This document shows, piece by piece, positions 36,636-41,723 of a stretch of DNA of 41,723 nt; the stretch's first letter is position 1; the number at the start of each line of letters is the position of its first letter. The stretch comes from Jimgerdemannia flammicorona. Lineage: Eukaryota. The notes below the pieces were generated by a model. That model made no database searches and was not told where the DNA came from. It worked only from the letters and a program-made list of their open reading frames with translations. The stretch covers positions 1 to 41,723 of the forward strand of contig RBNJ01000100.1 in NCBI GenBank assembly GCA_003990765.1. Direction: 5' to 3'. Position numbers and translations under genes: made by a program.

Positions 36636-37371
36636 AAGATAGTTATTGACAAAGATATAGCTACTATAGTGAAGAATTTTTTGCTAAATTATGCCAAAGT
36701 TTATGGCTTATCTAGTCCAGTAAGAAATGTTAATCAGATTACTCAATCAATTATCTTTTTACCTATAGAAATAAGCTATAAATCTGTTTACCAAGACTTC
36801 CTAGCCAACCTGGAAGATAATAGTACTCTGAATGTACTCAGATATGATGCCTTTTACAAATTATAATACTAGCTAACTCTATATATCCAAATCATAAGCT
36901 TCCAAACTGATTTATGTGACACTTGTTAATACTTATAGAATAACTTACAATTCAAAGACTATAAAGAAGAAGAGGTCTAGGATTTATTAAAAAGATATAA
37001 AGAATATCTAGCCAAAGCCAAATTAAAATGAAATTATTATAATAAAAATACCAAATTGGCTGAAAAATAAAAAAAAATTCATCAATTAACCCTCACTAGC
37101 AAATAATAATATTCAATATTATAGCATTAATATAGTTATCCATTATAGCTATGACTGAGCTCAAAATGTTCACATTTCTCATTTAGATCAACAGATTGAC
37201 AAAGTATATTATCTTAGTACTTGCAAAGTATACTTGTTTGATATCTAAGATAAAGTGATCTATGAGTAAATTAATTATATCCATAATGAGAATAAACTTC
37301 TTAAAAAGGACCCAAACAGTATACTTAATCTGGTCTTTAATAGAATTAAGCAATTAAATAGAGGTGAAAAA
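36636..37371 (+). pseudogene. Sola-type transposase, segment 3
   Basis: FLLNYAKVYGLSSP..FLP...SYKSVY..FYKL..TDLCDTC..HYSYD*AQ..INY..NE..KKDPNS. Confidence 0.78.
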
Positions 37372-39382
37372 TATAAGTGCACAACCTCTAAGCCACTGAA
37401 ATCACATGTGACCTTTGAACAAATCTGGAAATTATCTGCATAATCATGAAGCTGAGTCAACATGAAGTCACAGAACATAAGATTTATATAAACAGAATCT
37501 TACCAATCAGGACCAAATATATATATATCAAGCACTAAGATATATTGAAACAGAGAACTAAAACAAATAACAACCATAACTTCTGAACATATACAAACAT
37601 GACTACTGAGATCTACAACTATATCTATGCTGATATTTAGAATACTATTGTCAATTGAGCTACACTCCCTCTGCCCCTCATGAATATCCATAGTCTAGCA
37701 CTCCTTTACTTCATGGAAGTCCAATGAAATGCTCTGAATATGCTTAGCAAGGTCTACCAAATCAGACAGATCTCAAGCTATTATCAGATCAGCCACCTCC
37801 TAGAAGATATAGTCAAACACCACTATAATATAGACATTATCCAGATGTCTCAATACTAGAAACTCATTGCCTGCAAATACTGAGAACTCTTTTATGAGTA
37901 TAGCACTGTTATTCCCCATCTCTGAGTTACTACCAGTGAAATGGTTACTACTCTATCCTATGGTCAAATCAATAATATGATATAAGAACTTAACCACAAG
38001 TACCTCGAATATGTTCAGACCATAGACAGAACCTTCTCATACCCCAATGACTATATTCTGCAAATGCCTCAAGTCAGATATGTAATGAAGGATGTCTATA
38101 ATATAATCTAATTTGATAAAGATAAAGCAGAAGACAATGATTTCTCTGACATCAACATAACTATAAGCCAAGGATCCCTGCCAACCCTGATCACTCTGCC
38201 AATCTTGCCAATAAACTTACAATAGTTCATAACCACCTACAAGACTTATTAGGACAATGATCACTAGTATGAATATCAATCCACATTCACCTCCAATTAC
38301 TTCAACTACAATGAAGAGATAGAAGAACACAATCTGTACCTTCAGATAACCCTCAAGATTGAACCAACCACTTCACTGCCCAAGTATGAGTGATATAAAC
38401 CACAGCTGCCAGCTTACTACAACTCCATGACTCATAGTGCTATAACCTATAGAAGATACACAGATAGCAAATCCAATGAAAGTGAAGATGATGTACTCCT
38501 CCTTTACCCACCAACTCCATATCTAGTATATGAGACAGACAATGCTATTCTGTAGGATGGTGATGAAGTCTCAATGTATTATTACCTCAGTGAATAAGGA
38601 GAATTAATTCACAAATAACTCTTTCTAGATAACTACTTTATCAGAGATAATGCTATCAATAGTGATGTCATTGAAGACTATCTAGATAGCATCTAAATCT
38701 ATAAATAGTTTAGCAGTCATAGTATAGTTAGATTAGCCTTATATGACATAACTATGAACTAACTCAGCAGTCAGATAATCTCTTGATATGTCAGATCACA
38801 CTTGTACTATATGACTACATTCCAACTCAGCAAGATACTTAGTGCTACATTCACATCTAGCATAGTCCAGATAACCTCTCACTAGTATAAATATCTCCTC
38901 CCCCACACCTCAGAATCTCAGACTGGAACAAACTCAAATACATAAGAACATTTCTGAATACTTCTCCACAATATCTCTTTATACAACTACTCCTAGTATA
39001 GTAATATCATGAATAGTGAATAAACCTATTTAATAACTCACAAACCACTCTTAAGTCAATCTACTCTCCATTAGGTCCCACTCCTAACCTTGTCACGAAA
39101 TTTCCTAATTGGGTATTGTCTGCAGCAATACACCAATTCAACTAAGCTGGTCTTAGTTTCTTGAATCTCCTGAAATATGGAAAATCCTAAACATCCAGAA
39201 CTAGTCCAAAAAAGGACTTTGGTTAAGACATCAACCTGATCTTGAAATCAATAAGCGTAGAGGACATACTCCATATGAAATTGATCTTGACTATAAGAAA
39301 ACAGTCTTTTAGAATATCTAGAACTTTCAGAAAACTCTTCCAAAACTAAGTAATGATTACTCTAATAAGTAACCCTCTTACA
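37372..39382 (+). mobile_element. Solo LTR C2 (2011 bp), uninterrupted
   Basis: T(A)TAAG...CTTACA. TSD AAAAA (37367-37371 / 39383-39387). Inverted homolog of C1. TATA boxes near 37485 and 38886. Confidence 0.85.
37599..38597 (+). pseudogene. LTR-encoded ORF (~332 aa, many transition stops), unknown function
   Basis: ATG to TAA spans 999 nt. Several stops are sense codons in the C1 copy, for example ADIWNT. Confidence 0.78.
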
Positions 39383-39890
39383 AAAAATGTTTAAAGATTA
39401 CTTATGACAATGCAGATAGACAGAACAAAAATAACACCACTCTTTAGTTTTATCTATACTTAGTAATTTGTGAGTACTTTGAAAGTATTGAATTGAACTT
39501 TATAGTTCCTAGCTATACTAAATTCAAGTATGATAGTAGTTTCAGATTAATTAAAAGACTTTATTGCAAAACAATAGTAGATTATATAGATCATATCATT
39601 GATATAGTAAAAATATCTAATATCACTAGACTAAATAAAGCTTGACATTATAATGGTGATGATAGTTTTCTATATTATAATATCATAAGCAGCCTAGAAA
39701 CTTATTTTAGAAAATTACTTGGCCTGTAAAAGTTTTAATATTTTCTTTTTACCAGAGCAAATCTAGGTACTATCAAAGCCCAAGAAGTTGCAAATAGTCT
39801 TTTCTGGAAATTCAAGTTATTGAATCCTAGCAAATCCACCACTTCTCAAGCTATAGAAAAAAATAAAATCTTTGTTATTTCTATTTGTTA
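39383..39890 (+). pseudogene. Sola-type transposase, segment 4 (catalytic core and C-terminus)
   Basis: RGEK|CLKITYDNADRQNKNN (DNxxGQNKN) and FIVPSYTKFKYDSSFRLIK (GHTKFxxDxxFGxIK). In frame across the C2 insertion. Confidence 0.8.
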
Positions 39891-40044
39891 GAGATCAATT
39901 TAAAGATATTATCTATCTAAGACTAATCTGAATAAAATATTAAAAGAAAATTAATTTTAATAAGTCTTTTATAGATTTGCTAAAATAATTTTATATATCT
40001 TTATAAAAAAAATATATATCAAAAAAATAAAAATAAGAAAAATT

Positions 40045-40610
40045 TATAATAAATATTTTAGAAGTATAATAATATACAAACAAAGAATTACTAAATGAAA
40101 TCAAATCACTGAAAAAGTAATTGTCAGATAAATAATAAGAAACCAATGAAATCATAAGGGAAAATTAAGAATTAAAAAGCAAATACCAATCACTGAATAA
40201 GAGAAAGCTGAATTCAAGCAAAAAGCTAGTGAATAAGTTAACTAAATAATAGTAGAGGCAGTTAAAAGAGCTTCTCATTTCAATATCACTGAAGATATAG
40301 AGAAAGATTTAAGAGAATGAATTAGCAAACTATTAAGAGTTCAATTTATGACTGCTATTTATAAACAATATATTGTAAATACTTACAAATTATAATATAT
40401 AGATGAAGAAAGAGAAAATAAAAAAAGACTAGAAAAAATTATCAAGAAAATTATTATAGATTATTAGAGATCAATTGAATATTATAGAGAAGTAGTAATG
40501 AAAGACTGAAAACTACATAAAGATGAGACTGAAATTATGCCACAAATAAAATCAGGAGATCAACTTTAAGGTAAACCTGCTAAAGACATCATCCTTAAGA
40601 ATATTATTGA
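40045..40610 (+). pseudogene. Degenerate K/E-rich, probably coiled-coil ORF of unknown function, truncated by the GC-rich element
   Basis: A protein-like frame (ELLNEIKSLKK..FNITEDIEKDLRE..SIEYYREVVMKD) punctuated by stops. Confidence 0.35.
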
Positions 40611-41723
40611 ACGCTCCTTTCTCTGCTACCTTACCAGTCACAAGGTTTGGTAGGCAACCTTCCGAGTCCCCTTTCCCCTACTATTACCCCCTCTACCTCG
40701 GGTTGGTTTGCTGTGCCTGCAGGGGCATGGTGGGAGGAGGGCAATGGTGATGAGTTGCTCCTTTATCGGTGTTGGATCGGTGCTTCCTCCACTTTTTCAC
40801 GGATTCTGGTGCCTTCAGCTGCGTCTGGGGTGTACCCGTTTTGGTGCGGCGCCTTCTTCCTTTTGCCATCGCCAACAAGGTATTGTCTCGGTATGTCTCG
40901 GGCTACGTAGGGAGTCGGCCGACCTTGGGCGTCAAGTGCTCAGTGTAGGTTACCTGCAGGTCCTCAGTGCCTGTGGTGGGGCCCTCTGACTTTGGTGAGC
41001 TTCCCGGTGAGCGCGGTTCTGGCATAGGTGACTGCTTTTCGGGTGTTGTTGGGATGGGAGGGAGATGGCCGTCACAGATAGGCGGAAGGGCGATTACAGT
41101 GAACCAGTAGGGTGCCAGGCTGGGGGCGGTCGTCAGGGCTGGGGCAGGTGCTGCTTCGGTGGGGCCTTTTGATTGGTGCGGTGCGGTTAGGTGGTAGGTG
41201 ACACTCTCGGCTTCTTTTGGCGGGTAGCGGAGTGAGGCCCCAGTCGTCAGGGGGGGTCGGGGGGCCCGAGGCTACCCATTTCAGGCATCTTGGCTGCACT
41301 CAACTGGAACCGGGAGCTGACATGGCAACGTGATCGAGGCCTGCAGGCTTGAGTAGTGGGGTATTGGGGGTTTCCTCCCGCCTCACGTGTAAGTCCTTTA
41401 CTCACCTCGACTGGGAGAACCAGGCCCTACCCACCATATTGTACTTTGATGAGGGTTTTTTTCTTTGCCTGTCATTCTCTTTGGGGTGGCAGGGGCTATT
41501 CTATTCAGCTCGGGCGTGGCCTTGTACATACGTTGGGTTCTCAGGCATGCGCTTTTGGTCGTTGGCGTATGGTTGGGTTTCCCCTGGTGGTAGGGAGAGC
41601 ATGGTGTGCAGAATGAGGTGTGGGCTTATTAGCCCTGCTGTGCCTGGCATGGTCGAGCTGCTGGACAATAGCTAGCCTAGGTTAATGGGGGGGCAGTGCT
41701 TGGTGGGTGGTGGGGGAGGGTTT
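40611..41723. mobile_element. Unidentified GC-rich, CpG-retaining insertion, partial at the window edge
   Basis: Abrupt composition shift at ~40611 with many intact CpGs. No diagnostic domain visible. Confidence 0.4.

Noticed and set aside
7282-39382. C1 and C2 as terminal inverted repeats of one 32-kb composite or Maverick-like element
   Set aside because: Each copy has its own TSD, and the transposase frame is restored across each one separately.
41340-41470. Hammerhead or HDV-like ribozyme
   Set aside because: Only partial core-like words (TGATGAG, GAAAC), on opposite strands, with no consistent helices found.

Overview
Eukaryotic, probably fungal (Mucoromycota/Glomeromycotina-like, inferred) transposon graveyard with no intact host gene. 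It resolves into a nested stack, with target-site duplications (TSDs) recovered at the six inner insertions. (i) An L1-clade LINE (1-~5790, -) abuts a kinase-like pseudogene. (ii) A Sola-type DDD transposase gene (~6.66-39.89 kb, +) is split in frame by three ~2-kb solo LTRs (C1, D, C2). (iii) A second, full-length L1-clade LINE (8157-23148, -) lies inside C1. (iv) A full-length chromoviral Ty3/Gypsy element A (8333-17425, +) lies inside that LINE. (v) A full-length tRNA-Pro-primed Ty3/Gypsy element B (24782-35144, -) lies inside D. (vi) A GC-rich, CpG-retaining unidentified element sits at the right edge. Both Gypsy elements carry a dUTPase, at different positions. The main novelty is that all four LTR families (A, B, C, D) carry mutually homologous, unannotated accessory ORFs at the 3' end: between pol and the PPT in A and B, and inside the LTR in C and D. 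All elements are riddled with C>T/G>A transitions. All alignments were made by eye.
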